64,000 nucleotides of DNA, from positions 60,824,001 to 60,888,000 of the forward strand of contig NW_024704742.1 in NCBI RefSeq assembly GCF_018977255.1, in the 5' to 3' direction. The translations under genes were made by a program, and so were the position numbers. This document shows, in pieces, positions 1 through 11,054 of the stretch. Position 1 is the first letter of the stretch; the number at the start of each line of letters is the position of its first letter. Origin of the DNA: Callorhinchus milii. Its lineage: Eukaryota. The notes beneath the pieces were generated by a model, which did no database searches, was not told where the DNA came from, and worked only from the letters and a program-made list of their open reading frames with translations.

Positions 1-56
1 GTGTCGCTTGAACATTGAGGGTAAATCTCTTCTGGCCCTGGATATATCTATATTGT

Positions 57-466
57 TCGAATTCAAGATCCTCATTCTCACCTACAAGGCCATTCACGGC
101 CTTGCTCCCTCCTACCTCTCCGACCTACTATCCCCCTACTTACCTGCCCGTACCCTCCGTTCCTCTGGCTCCGGTCTTCTCCACATCCCCCGCCCTAATC
201 GCCCTACCATCGGTGGCCGGGCCTTCAGCCTCTCAGCCCCCAGGCTCTGGAACTCCATCCCCCAGTGCCTTCGCCGCTTCCTCCCTTTCCTCCTTCAAGG
301 CCCGTCTTCAGCTCCCCTCTCGACTCTCTACCCCCTCCTCGCTCCTTCCCTTCCCTCCCCTCACCCTGACCATTTCCCCCCTGCTCGGGTCCTGACCCAA
401 CAGTCCAGTGCCTTGGGACGTCCTCCCGACGTGAAAGGCACTCTATAAATGGAATCTTGTTGTTGT
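57..466 (+). mobile_element. L2 LINE 3' fragment (young), in VEGFC intron
   Basis: ORF2 C-terminus FKILILTYKAIHGLAPSYLSDLL...GGRAFS; C-rich 3'UTR; GGGACGTCCTCCCGACGTGAAAGG stem-loop; (TTG)n tail. Confidence 0.9.
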
Positions 467-1577
467 TTGCATGTCCACTAATGATAACCTTGACCAGTAT
501 CTGTTGCTACTAAACATATAAATGTTTGTTGTTGTTGTTAAATAAGAAATTAATTGGGGCTGAAAATGTAACATCCATATGGTGGATCTCTAAATTTCTC
601 TGCCTTGCACCCTCTTTTTCGCTTTCAACACCCTTCTAAAAACCTTCTTCTTTCATAACATCACAAGATTGGTTTGGATAAAGAAGAGATTTCATTCATC
701 CAGTTTACCTACCTGCCATCTTCCCAACACAGCATCAAGATTGTTTTAAATGAATCCAATGCCCCAGCTTCAATTGCCCTTCCTGGCAACCTGTTCCAGT
801 CTTTGATTATCCTCTGCATAAATAAATACTTCCTTGTATCTGTCCTGAAATGTCTCTTTGGAACTCTTACTTTTTCAATCCCATTTCAAATCCATACGGT
901 CCCTTCTGAAACATTTCCTTTTAAGAATGAAGAGCCCAAGTTTGTTGTGTTTTGCCCATTGTTGCTCGTAGCTTATTCCTCTAAGGCAACTTCTTTAGTC
1001 ATCTCCACCCCAATGCCCCCCTCCCCCAACTCCAACACTGCTCAAACACCCTTCTCCCCACTCCAAAGTTCTTTGAGTCATTGAAATATGTGAAAGCTGC
1101 TATGTAAGAACAAGTTGTTGTAGTAGATTTGCAAATAGAGAATCTTAACAATAACAATATGTGGGAATGGTACTCCAACTTATCCCAAGTAATTGATTAT
1201 TCACCACTTCCTGAAGGTTTCCAGCCAATACCACAATACATTAACTCATAATATAAAAGCACGTAAAGTGCATTGAGAAGATATGGGATCTTTTTGCAGT
1301 AGACAGCTCAACAGACCTGTGCTGACTGTTTTGAGCTGAGCCCAATCCCAACTCTCCTCTTCCCCTCATAGTGTGACAACTCCCTTTAGAAGAGCAACAT
1401 CCAAGACCAAAAAACAATTGATTTTGTAAAATTGGCAGCTTGTGTAAAACAGTTTGGGCCTGAAAAATAGATAGCATTATCAACACTTTATTCTTTGAAG
1501 CGCAACATGAAGCCAGATAATGCTTTGGCAGGAGATGCAATTATTAAGGTTTTCTTTCTTGAGTCTCACCTCTGAGA

Positions 1578-2590
1578 ACATAGATTCATAGATTCATAGA
1601 ATGTTACGGCACAGAAGGAGGCCATTCGGCCCATCGAGTCTGTGCCGGCTCTTTGACAGAGCAAATTACTTTCACTAACCCCACTCACCAGCTTTCTCCC
1701 CATAACCCTGCAAACCCGTCTTCCCCGGATACCTATCCAGTTCTCTCTTAAAAGCTGTTATCGAATCGGACTTCACTACCCTTTCAGGCAGATCATTCCA
1801 AATTCGAACAACTCGCTGAGTGAAAAAAATTCTTCTAACCTTCCCTCTGCTTCTTTTGGTAGATATCTTCAGACTGTGACCACGGGTCACAGACACACCT
1901 ACCAGCGGAAACAGTTTTTCCTTATCTAGCCTGTCGAAACCTTTCATGATCTTGAAGACCTCTATCGGGTCCCCGCGTAACCTTCTCTGCTCTAATGGGA
2001 AAAGTCCTAACTTCTCCAGCCTGTCCTCATAGCTAAGGTTCCCCATTCCTGGTATCATTCTCGTGAATCTCCTCTGCACCCTTTCCAGTGCCTTATTGTC
2101 CTTCCTGAAGTAAGGTGCCCAGAACTGAGCTCAGTACTCCAGCTGAGGCCTAACCAGTGTTTTGTATAGATTAACCATAACCTCCCTACTCTTATACTCT
2201 ATGCCCCTACTAATGAAGCTCAGTACACCAAATGCCCTTTTTACCCCCTTATCTACCTGCCCCGCTACCTTTAATGATTTGCTTACTTGAACGCCCAGAT
2301 CTCTCTGTACATTCATCTCCCTTAAGATTGAGCTACCATGTCTATATTGCCTCCTATCATTTTTCTTACCTAAGTGTATCACCTCACACTTATCCACATT
2401 GAAATCCATCTGCCACATGTCAGCCCATCCCACCATTCTGTGTATGTCTGCTTGCAGTTGGTTACAGTCCTCCTCGCCATTTACTACCCTACCTAACTTT
2501 GTATCATCTGCAAACTTGGAAATAGTGCCCTCTATGCCCAAGTCCAGATCATTAATATATATTAGAAAGAGCAGTGGTCCCAATACTGAT
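1578..2590 (-). mobile_element. CR1 LINE, 5'-truncated, young; RT C-terminal half
   Basis: GPLLFLIYINDL...KFADDTKL...LVRPQLEY*AQFW...QRRFTRMIPG...LEQRRLRGD in one frame with one stop at 2131-2133; 8-bp tail repeat CATAGATT at 1579-1600. Confidence 0.95.
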
Positions 2591-4470
2591 CCACCAACAT
2601 GGAAGCTCAGTTAGGAAAAATACCAAAAATATAGCACCCGCTGCAAATGAAGATGGTTCTTCAGATTGGGCAGAGATCCCATCCACAGATGTGCGAAGAC
2701 TCATATCAGAATTGATAAATACATTATAACTCATGTCCAATGTCATTTGCCTTGATGTAGGAAGCATAGAAGTTATGCAAAGGCTGAAAGGAAATCAAAC
2801 TTCACTTAAATCCCTACTTCTTCATTTGTATTATTCTACTGTAAATGTTAAGAAGGTGGTTAACACGACACCTAACTTATTGTCTGGGAGCGGTAAGTAC
2901 AATATGAGTTCTGTCAAGGGTGACAGACATAGACTTTATATTAAACTTAAAGAAATAAACTTGCAATCTTCTAACAATCTGATTTCCCCAAAACAATCTT
3001 CAATAAAAATTGCAATTTAATTGAAATTTGGTTGATCTGTTTGTAGTTGACAGGTGAATTAAATGATAGGTCAATGATCTAACCTAAATATTGTCTGAAT
3101 GACACCAATGTGGAGAAAAATATTAAAATGAACAGATAAAATGTTCTATTTGATGGCCTTTTTTACTTAATAGCTACTTCCGTCGAAGAAATAGCAACCC
3201 CAAACGATTAACTATGAACATTACAAAAATTGAATGTCTGGTTTTGACATTGAATTAAAAAAAAATCTGCTTCTCCATTTGATCCTCATTCAGTTTGGCA
3301 GCCTGAACGAGCTGTACTTTTAGCTTTGTTTTTTTTCCATTATTCAATCGTCCCAGAATTACAAACTAATATTTGAGCTTTAAAGAAAATGTGTTTCAAA
3401 TTTCAGAGGTGCTTTATTGGTATTATGTCTGAAACCATGAACAAATGTTATTTTGATTCGACAAGGCCGTTTTTAGTAGTTGGAATTATGATGTAAATCT
3501 TAAGGAAAATAAAGAGAGCACTAAAATAATGGGTGGTATTGCTGCCTTATTTACTGCATATTTCATAGTCAACTGATTCTACCAAAAAGCCTCCATGGTG
3601 ATCTTTTTGGGGTCAACTAGGAGTCTAACACATGTAGAAACCATATCACAGTGCTTAAAAGAATGCAAACTAGATTGAGAGATCCAAATATGTATCCTAC
3701 CTACACAAGGAAATTTCTCAATCTCATTTGTATTCTTACACAAGGAAATTTCCTGTGTCTTATATAGAAATGCAATTGAGTGGAATTTTCCCTTCTCTGA
3801 AAATAATCCCAAGTAATAAACGTTGTGTAGTTGTTAGATAAGAAAAGCGATGGCAGCCTGTAAGCTAAGTTTTACAAGGATAAGTCAAAATCATTGTGAT
3901 TATAAGAAATGGTCCTGACCTTCAAAATGCCCCCACAGCCTTGCACCACCCTATCTTTATTATCTCCTGCAACCCAATTGTCCACCAATTCCCTTCGCCT
4001 TGCCACCTTCAGCCGCCTTCATGCCTCAACCTGTTCTGCCCTCGGCATCGGCAGATGGACCTCCAGAAACTTTGCCCCCTCCCTCTAGAACTCTATCACA
4101 AAATTCCTCGATCCCTCCCCTTCACTCTCTGCTCTCAAATCCCATCTGAAGATCTATCAGTTTGACTGCATTTTCAGCCACACTGTCTGCTGTCCTTCAG
4201 GTGAATGTTACAGATTCTGTGACGCTATTTGCAAAAAAAGAAGGAAGTTTCTCCCAGCTTTCCAGCCAACAATTGGAACAATGTATGCCACTGCCAACAA
4301 TTAATTGGAAATTCACCTCATGTTGCAAATGTCTGCCTGCAATTAACAGTCACCACACTTGGCAGGAATTAGTTCACTATGAAAAAGATGCGATAAAATT
4401 GCATGTTCTTAATGTAATTGATTAATCTTTGCCTAATTTAATGTTTAACAATTTCTATATTTTTTCAAAG

Positions 4471-4801
4471 ATGGAGACACTGGCTTTCACGTCTGTGGGC
4501 CAAATAAAGAGCTTGATGAAGATACCTGTCAGTGTGTATGTAAAGGTGGTTTGCACCATTCCAGCTGTGGAGCCCACAAGGAACTGGATAAAGAATTGTG
4601 CCAGTGTGTGTGCAGAAATGGACTGTATCCGGGCATATGTGGACCCCATAGGCAGTTTGATGCAGATTCTTGCGAGTGCATTTGCAAAAAAAGCTGCCCG
4701 AGAAATCACCCTTTAAATCCAGCGAAATGCGTCTGTGAATGTACAGAATCTCCAAACAAATGCTTTCTGAAAGGAAAGAGATTTCATCCTCAAACCTGCA
4801 G
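4471..4801 (+). CDS. VEGFC: VEGF-C penultimate coding exon (exon 6 equivalent), C-terminal silk-homology/BR3P repeats
   Basis: Acceptor ttttttcaaAG (4470) and donor AG|GTGAGT (4802). Translation GDTGFHVCGPNKELDEDTCQCVCKGG...CPRNHPLNPAKCVCECTESPNKCFLKGKRFHPQTC has four C-x10-C-x-C-x-C repeats and matches the vertebrate VEGF-C C-terminal propeptide. Confidence 0.96.
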
Positions 4802-5030
4802 GTGAGTGTTGTGCCAGACCGCACTTTCATTTAAATATTGGGGTAAACTTCTGGGCATTTCAGAACACATTCTTTTAAATAACCAAGCAATGCATTGCGA
4901 AATACCATAACAAATTACAACCATAACACTGGCTATCCACACTACACTAAATTAGGACCATTTAAAGGAGTGAAATTGCCTTTAACTAGTCTCAGTGGAA
5001 AATACTCTGCACTGCAGAGTGAGCACTTCT

Positions 5031-5047
5031 ATATATATATATATATA
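5031..5047. repeat. (AT)n microsatellite
   Basis: atatatatatatatata. Confidence 0.9.
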
Positions 5048-6149
5048 GCTGCAGAGTGTCTTACACATCTCTAATCTTTATGCGGCTCCTTAAGAGTGCC
5101 TGGGTTCATAAACCTGGTGTCGTGTGTTGTATAGTGAATGTGTAGTGAATGCTTCAATGCTAAATTAGTAATGGATTTGTGCTATGATACATGTTTATGA
5201 AGTTGAAATTTTGCTTCACACTGTACTCTGTTATGTGTCTGCATGTTGCTATTAGATGTGAGTTTTTTTGTTAACTGGATAACTTATACCTGTAAATTTA
5301 GTTCCATTAAATATCATAATGTACAGTACAAATTCAAAGAAAAGGAAATTGAATGATACTTTTATTAAAAGACACAAGTTACAAAGTAACTTAAACCTAG
5401 TACTTTCAGCGGAATATTCTTGGAAGAATAGCAAGATGTTCACAATGCGAGGTCTCCTTTAAGCAGGATGGTATTATGATGATGTTTCTTCATGTAGGCC
5501 TCACTGGATGATACGAAAGTAGCTTCAGTTATTCTTGTCCGATGCAACAAAGTCTGTACTTTGGGAACCATTTACAGTACTGCATTTAACTAGTCATTCA
5601 GTAGCACCAAGTGTCAGAAATAAAGTTCTCTCTCACCAATGGCTTTTCTTTCAATCTTAGTAAGTCTTGGCGGAATTACATTTCAGTCAGTCAGATTCAG
5701 GAATAAAAAATGATCTCTTGAGGGACGAACCACAGTTCGTTAATTTCTTGAACAGTCTGTAAGGTTATGTTCCTATATCTCCTTAGACTTCCTTGTATTT
5801 AAGTGAATTTTGTTCAGTTCCCATGTGCCGCTTGCCAATGTCTTTGTAAGATGGAGGCAGCGCAAATCACATATGCACAGGATATGAAATATTCTGTTAC
5901 AATTCAGCCAATTCATTGTTAGTTTGTGCCAAATTATGGGTAGTTCTGTGGTGCTGGGTTGCACATGCTAGGAACTGTGCCTAAACTTATTTCACTAAAC
6001 ACTCTTTCAGCTGCCAGAGAAAGGAAAAACATTAAATCAGTCAGGCTGGCTGGAATCTAATTAGCTCCACTACTGAGTTCACATTGTATTTGCATCATAA
6101 AAGTCTACAGCGTTTTTGTCTCTGGCGATCCTCTCCTCTTATTAACTTG

Positions 6150-6585
6150 TTTTTTGTCAGCTGGGTGTCTGAAATATGCGGAAACCCATCACCATGCTTT
6201 AGTATCCAAACCAGACTGAGCGTTCCACATGGAAATTTTTCTATATGGAATGGAATGCCCACTCTCTCCCCAGAGGGAAACATCCTGCTTACCTAATTCC
6301 TCACAGTATTAAGCACAAGTTGGCAAGAACCAAGGCTTGGGAACCTCAGAATGTGCTTTGGGTTACTGCTGGAGGTTAACCAATTAAAACTGCATATCCT
6401 GCCTTTGTAAGCACTGCCTGGCAAGCTTTCCTGCTACTGTCCAGCAAGGGTCATGCTACCCATTTGGGCTTTGATTTGCAAAGCTGAGTGGGAAGAATCC
6501 CTGCTCCCAGTGACTGGTTTGCTCCTCCAGGTTGACTGGTCTGTCATCATCAGTGGCATTGCGGATCCCGCCTGGCTCAGGGTTA
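6150..6585. repeat. Unclassified ~0.5-kb interspersed repeat, copy 1 (last VEGFC intron)
   Basis: Colinear shared blocks with 9530-9925, 19343-19495, 43035-43550 and 63020-63555, e.g. GGGTGTCTG..GAAACCCATC, CTCTCCC..GAGGG, CTGCTTACCTAATTC, TTGGCAAG..CCAAGGCTT, CTGGCAAGCTTTCCTGCT. Confidence 0.85.
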
Positions 6586-6651
6586 TTAACTGATCACTCC
6601 ACAGCTGTACAAAACAAATAAAAATAATCCTGTTTCATTTTCATTCTGCAG

Positions 6652-6772
6652 TTGCTTCAGGCCACCCTGTGTAGTTCGAACAAGGCGCTGCAGCCAAGGT
6701 TATTACTTCAGTGAGGAGGTGTGTCGCTGTATTCCATTACATTGGAGAAGATCGCATATTGATTATTATTGA
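6652..6772 (+). CDS. VEGFC: VEGF-C terminal coding exon (exon 7 equivalent)
   Basis: Acceptor tttcattttcattctgcAG (6651). Phase-2 junction AG|T gives Ser, then CFRPPCVVRTRRCSQGYYFSEEVCRCIPLHWRRSHIDYY* (TGA 6770-6772). SEEVCRC.P..W is the VEGF-C C-terminal signature. Confidence 0.95.
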
Positions 6773-7210
6773 CAGCGATTTAGTTTCTTTGGCAAAAGAA
6801 CAATTTTCACAATTTCACACGGACACATCTGCCAAGAGGTGAACATTGTATAAAAGAATACATAGTATTTTACATGTTGCATTCATACGTACACCAGAGA
6901 CCCAAGAGGCGCGAAGGAGCCCTGGCACTGGACATTCAAACGACATGCAGAAATACAATGTAGATTACTACATTGTCACACAAGGAACTCACCATGAACT
7001 TCATGTGATACGCCAATGACCAAAAGGTCTAGATTTTTGTCGAGCTCATTTTTTTTAAGATAATGAATCTATATCTAATTTATTGCCACCAAAATGTTGT
7101 GCAGCATTCCTGTTCATAGCAGTTAACAACTGTAAGAGCTCACTGTGATCAGTATTTTTATATCATGTAAAATATCTTTAAAATAAAAGGCAAAAGTGTA
7201 TTGTAGATTG
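6773..7210 (+). other. VEGFC: VEGFC 3'UTR (end approximate)
   Basis: Lies between the stop codon and AATAAA; repeat-free; distal part resembles the mammalian VEGFC 3'UTR end as I recall it. Confidence 0.75.
7182..7187 (+). terminator. Polyadenylation signal AATAAA
   Basis: AATAAA with upstream TGTA and downstream GT/T-rich tract (ttgtgt, gttttgtgtctttatt). Confidence 0.8.
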
Positions 7211-7369
7211 TGTACCCATTATAGACGTTACGCAGTTTTGTGTCTTTATTCTATTTCTGATGTACGAGTGTCAGATTTTAATGCAGTAAAATACTGTAAT
7301 GGCAACAGAAAATTCTCTATCTGATGATGGACCTTATCTCATCCATTCTAATGGCACAGAGAAGATTTT

Positions 7370-7700
7370 GTGGCCTAGGCTAGCACTCCAATGTAGTGTG
7401 TTGTATTATTGGAGGTTCTGTCCTTCAGATGAGATATTAAGCCGAGGTCCTGCATGCCTGTTCAGATGGACATTAAAGATCCCATGGCACTACTCGAAAA
7501 GTGAAGGGTATCTCTTCTGATATCTGGGCAAATACTCCCCATATAAAATTGGGGCTTCATGGCTGTTTGTGGAACATTGCTATGTGCAAATTGACTGCAC
7601 CATTTGCCTACAAAATGCACAGTCACTACATATTACATCAATTTCTGTGAAGCATTTTAAACAGTGCTATATCACATGCAAGGATTATTATTATTATTAT
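7370..7700 (+). mobile_element. Deu-domain SINE (old)
   Basis: GATGAGATATTAAGCCGAGGTCC...GGACATTAAAGATCCCATGGCACTA core; GCTGTTTGTGG..TGCT.TGTGCAAATTG; (TTA)n tail. Confidence 0.85.
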
Positions 7701-8049
7701 TGATAATAAAATATGGAGTTGCAAAACAGGAGCAAAACTGAAAATGAACTGGAATGTAATAAAATCCAGAAGAGAAGTAAGATAAATACCTCTTGTGTAA
7801 ATGGTAATAATATTGACTTTCTCTCTTCCCCACCTAAGACCAAAATGGTGCAATACAATATTTTCATCATTTTTGCAATGTTAACTTACCAGGATGCAAA
7901 AGTACAGGTTAACAATGACCACATTGGTGCTTAATGTTGCGAATGAAACTAACTCCAGCTGCCACCAGGAATCTTCACAGATCTTCAAAGTACAACAAAA
8001 TATTCAAAAATATAATGTTACTAAAAACAAAGCAGGCCAAGGTTTGCTG

Positions 8050-8470
8050 GCAAAGAGAAGCAAAAATGTAATTGCTTTTCTAAATATTTGAATTTTTGTC
8101 ATTTTTTCCCTGGCATAAGCAAAATGAAAGAAAATGAGAATTTAAGGTCTGGTACAGCATTAGGAAATAACAGCAAATCTAGGGATAAATGCAGATTGGG
8201 ATGAATAAATAATACACGGAATGCAATGGTGTCTCTAATGTTGAGGCCAAAGGGGTGGAGGAATGTGAAGAAAAGGTCAGGATTAAACAATGGAATTGTA
8301 GGGGTAGATGAATATCATGCTGTTTTGGGGTTCAGGGTCTTTGCACAACCTTCCCTGTGATAATACAATGGGTGGGTGAGCTCCATTGTCAGATAGACAT
8401 TGTATATTCTATGGACGTAGAGAAGCTGATGGCCTGAATGGCCTTTTCTTGCTCTATAATTTCTTATCTT
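8050..8470 (+). mobile_element. Degenerate CR1 3' fragment
   Basis: AAATCTAGGGATAAATGCAG, GGAATTGTAGGG and GATGGCCTGAATGGCCTTTTCTTG resemble the CR1 3' end. Confidence 0.55.
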
Positions 8471-8569
8471 TAGTATAAGGTACTTTTTTGTACTGCTCTT
8501 CCCACCAATAAAGCCAAGATTTATGCCCTGATTGAAGAACATTTTAAAAATAATAAACAAACTCAATAA

Positions 8570-8880
8570 TAAGATGAATCCTTACTTATGAAACAGTGCC
8601 TTCCATGGCAGGAGTATGCCTCAAAGTGCTTTATATTGTAAAGTGTAATAACTGTGTATTTTATAAGTGAACGTGGAATCCAATATGTGCACAGCAATGT
8701 CATATAACAGCCATGAAGTGAATGGACAATTTTATTTGGGGTGTCAGGGCAGTTATTTGGGAGAAACTCCCTTCGCTTTTTAAATTGTGCCATGGGAGCT
8801 TTAACACCCACCAGAACAGGCAGTCAGGACCTCGGGTGAATCCCTCTTTGAATGACAACACTGACAAAAATGCAGCCCAC
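8570..8880 (-). mobile_element. Deu-domain SINE (old)
   Basis: Reverse-strand core GTGCCATGGGAGCTTTAACA...CCTCGG; CACAGCAATGTC. Confidence 0.75.
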
Positions 8881-9529
8881 TTGAAGTATCAGTCTGGACT
8901 CTGAGATCAATCACCCAAAAACATGGTTGTTTACTATCAAGAAAAAAAATGATTCTTTAGTAACAATAAAAGGGAACAATTGCAACAAACAGGTCTACTT
9001 TTGATGGGTCTCAATGCCACCTATCCACCCTCTCACAATGCCATTCAATCCTATTTCTAGAATTGAATCCGTTCATACTATCTGATTCAAATTCCTTTGC
9101 TAGTAACTTATTCCTAAGTCTATTTCCCTTTGCGCAAAGAAAGTTCTGTCTGACTTCCATTCTTACTCCTAACATTTTAATGTATAACCTAGGTCCCCTG
9201 GTATTTGAACCTTGGTCCTATCATGCACATATACTGTGTAACTGTGCATTAAACATGCAAACAATTAAGTGAAAATCTTTTGTGAGGCTTTTAAAAAGCA
9301 AACCATAATGGACAAATGATATTATGGTTGGCTGTTACATTTACTATAAGAGTAAAACAGATGTTCTATTCAGAGGTTGGTGTACTGATGCTTCCCTATT
9401 GTATACAAAGCCCATGGCTCATTTTAGTGATAGGATATTGGCATACCAGTAACGTGCCAGTGCAAAAGATTTTCATTTCACAGTTATGCAGTTAATTCAA
9501 TTAATGTAGTTGACTTTCATTTTTGGGGT

Positions 9530-9925
9530 TAGCCAGGTGTCTCAACAAACACAGAAACCCATCAGCATCCTTAAGATTATCAACTCAGACTGAGAGTTCC
9601 ATGCATTCCACTTCACATGGAAATTCCCGTGTCTGGAATGGAATGCATATTCTCTCCCTGGAGAGACATACCCTGTTTACCTAATTCCGGAGATTATTAG
9701 GCATAGATTTGAGTGTGTGTGCTGGTTAATCAGTGAAAACCATATAGCTTTCAATTGAAAGAACTGTCTGGCAAGCTTCCTGCTGCTTGTCCAATTAAGA
9801 ACACATTACCTCTTTAAGGCTTTATTTTGCGAGATTAACAGATGAGTGGGAAAATTCCCTGCCCCCAGCCTGCACCTCCAAGTCCTAACGATGAAGGGTC
9901 TGTCATCAAGTGCCCTGGAGAACTT
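9530..9925. repeat. Unclassified interspersed repeat, copy 2 (same orientation as copy 1)
   Basis: AGCCAGGTGTCT..AGAAACCCATC..CAGACTGAG..CACATGGAAATT..GGAATGGAATGC..CTGGCAAGCTTCCTGCT..GAGTGGGAA. Confidence 0.85.
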
Positions 9926-10079
9926 ATATTATTATAATACCTTATTATGTTAAAATGGCTCAAAGCAGTACTACCAAGAACAAAAGCTTTTCAAGTTTTT
10001 TGTAGAAAACACAACAGCTTTATTGCATGGAACAATGTTTCACAAATAGCTATGAGGGGAATAATTTGTTTATGTGGGG

Positions 10080-10330
10080 CAGTGTTGGCCAGGACACTGG
10101 GAAAAACTTCTCGTTTGGAATAGGAAAGATCTCTAATAGGTACAACAACAATTTGTATTTATATAATAACAGGCAGGCAAGACTGCAGGTTAACATCTTC
10201 TTCGGCCTGTACCTCCAACAATACTGGAATGTCAGCCGAGACTATGAACAGTAACCCTGACATAGGGCTTGAACCTACAACCTTCTGACCCACAGTCAGT
10301 ATTCTATGAACTGAGCCAAACTGACACCAA
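10080..10330 (-). mobile_element. Deu-domain SINE with tRNA-like head (old)
   Basis: GGGCTTGAACCTACAACCTTCTGAC...ACTGAGCCAAACTGACAC is the reverse complement of the A/B-box head. Confidence 0.7.
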
Positions 10331-11054
10331 GTGCCCAGGAGGAGATGAAGAAGCAAGAAACAATACTCAGCAGCATAGGAAGTTTATTGAAGTTAACAGA
10401 TGGCGAGTTGTATATCTGTGAAAAAACATGTTTTCTGAAACATGACTTAAAAAANTCTTACATTTGATATAGTAGTTTCACATCAGGAGGATGTCTCAAA
10501 ATGCTTCACATGATATGCTGTTAAGTGTAGTGACTGTGTATTTTGCAGACAATTCTAAAAANGCTGCTTTGATTACACATTTGTGTTGTGCTGTTGTGTT
10601 GAACCAGGAAACCAAATGTAAGGACATATTTAGAAACATGGGAGCATAGGAAAACAGGAACAGGGAGAGGCCATTGAGTTCATCGAACCCGATGATACTT
10701 TACTCCCAATGCCCTGTCCTGTCATCATACCCCTTAATACCTCACAAAAACATCTGTCACCTGCAATAGGCTGCCTGGACAATGTCAGCTAAGTTTCTAA
10801 AGTGAACCAGAAGTTATAAAGCTGGTGTGACCTTCAGAAAGACAAAGTGATCTAGAGTCTGGCAGTCCTGGACTCAATCCTGTATGATCTCATGCTAGAA
10901 ATCAGGGTTGTGATTTTACTGAGGAATCGTCTCTTATTGACTTACAGATTCATAAAGACATAGTCAACAGGAGCCTTAGTAACCATTCTACAGTCTACTT
11001 GCTGGGTATTAAAAATAAGCTCAATACATAGAACAACATCAATTTAAAATATGT

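Noticed and set aside
1..4470. Upstream VEGFC exons (VEGF homology domain, exon 5)
   Set aside because: No matching Cys pattern with splice sites found; they presumably lie before the window
4429..4830. Overlapping ORFs 4429-4716(+), 4455-4709(-) and 4465-4830(-)
   Set aside because: Alternative-frame or antisense shadows of the VEGFC exon with no independent signature
10455..10455. Ambiguous base n (also at 52034)
   Set aside because: Assembly ambiguity next to homopolymer runs, not biological
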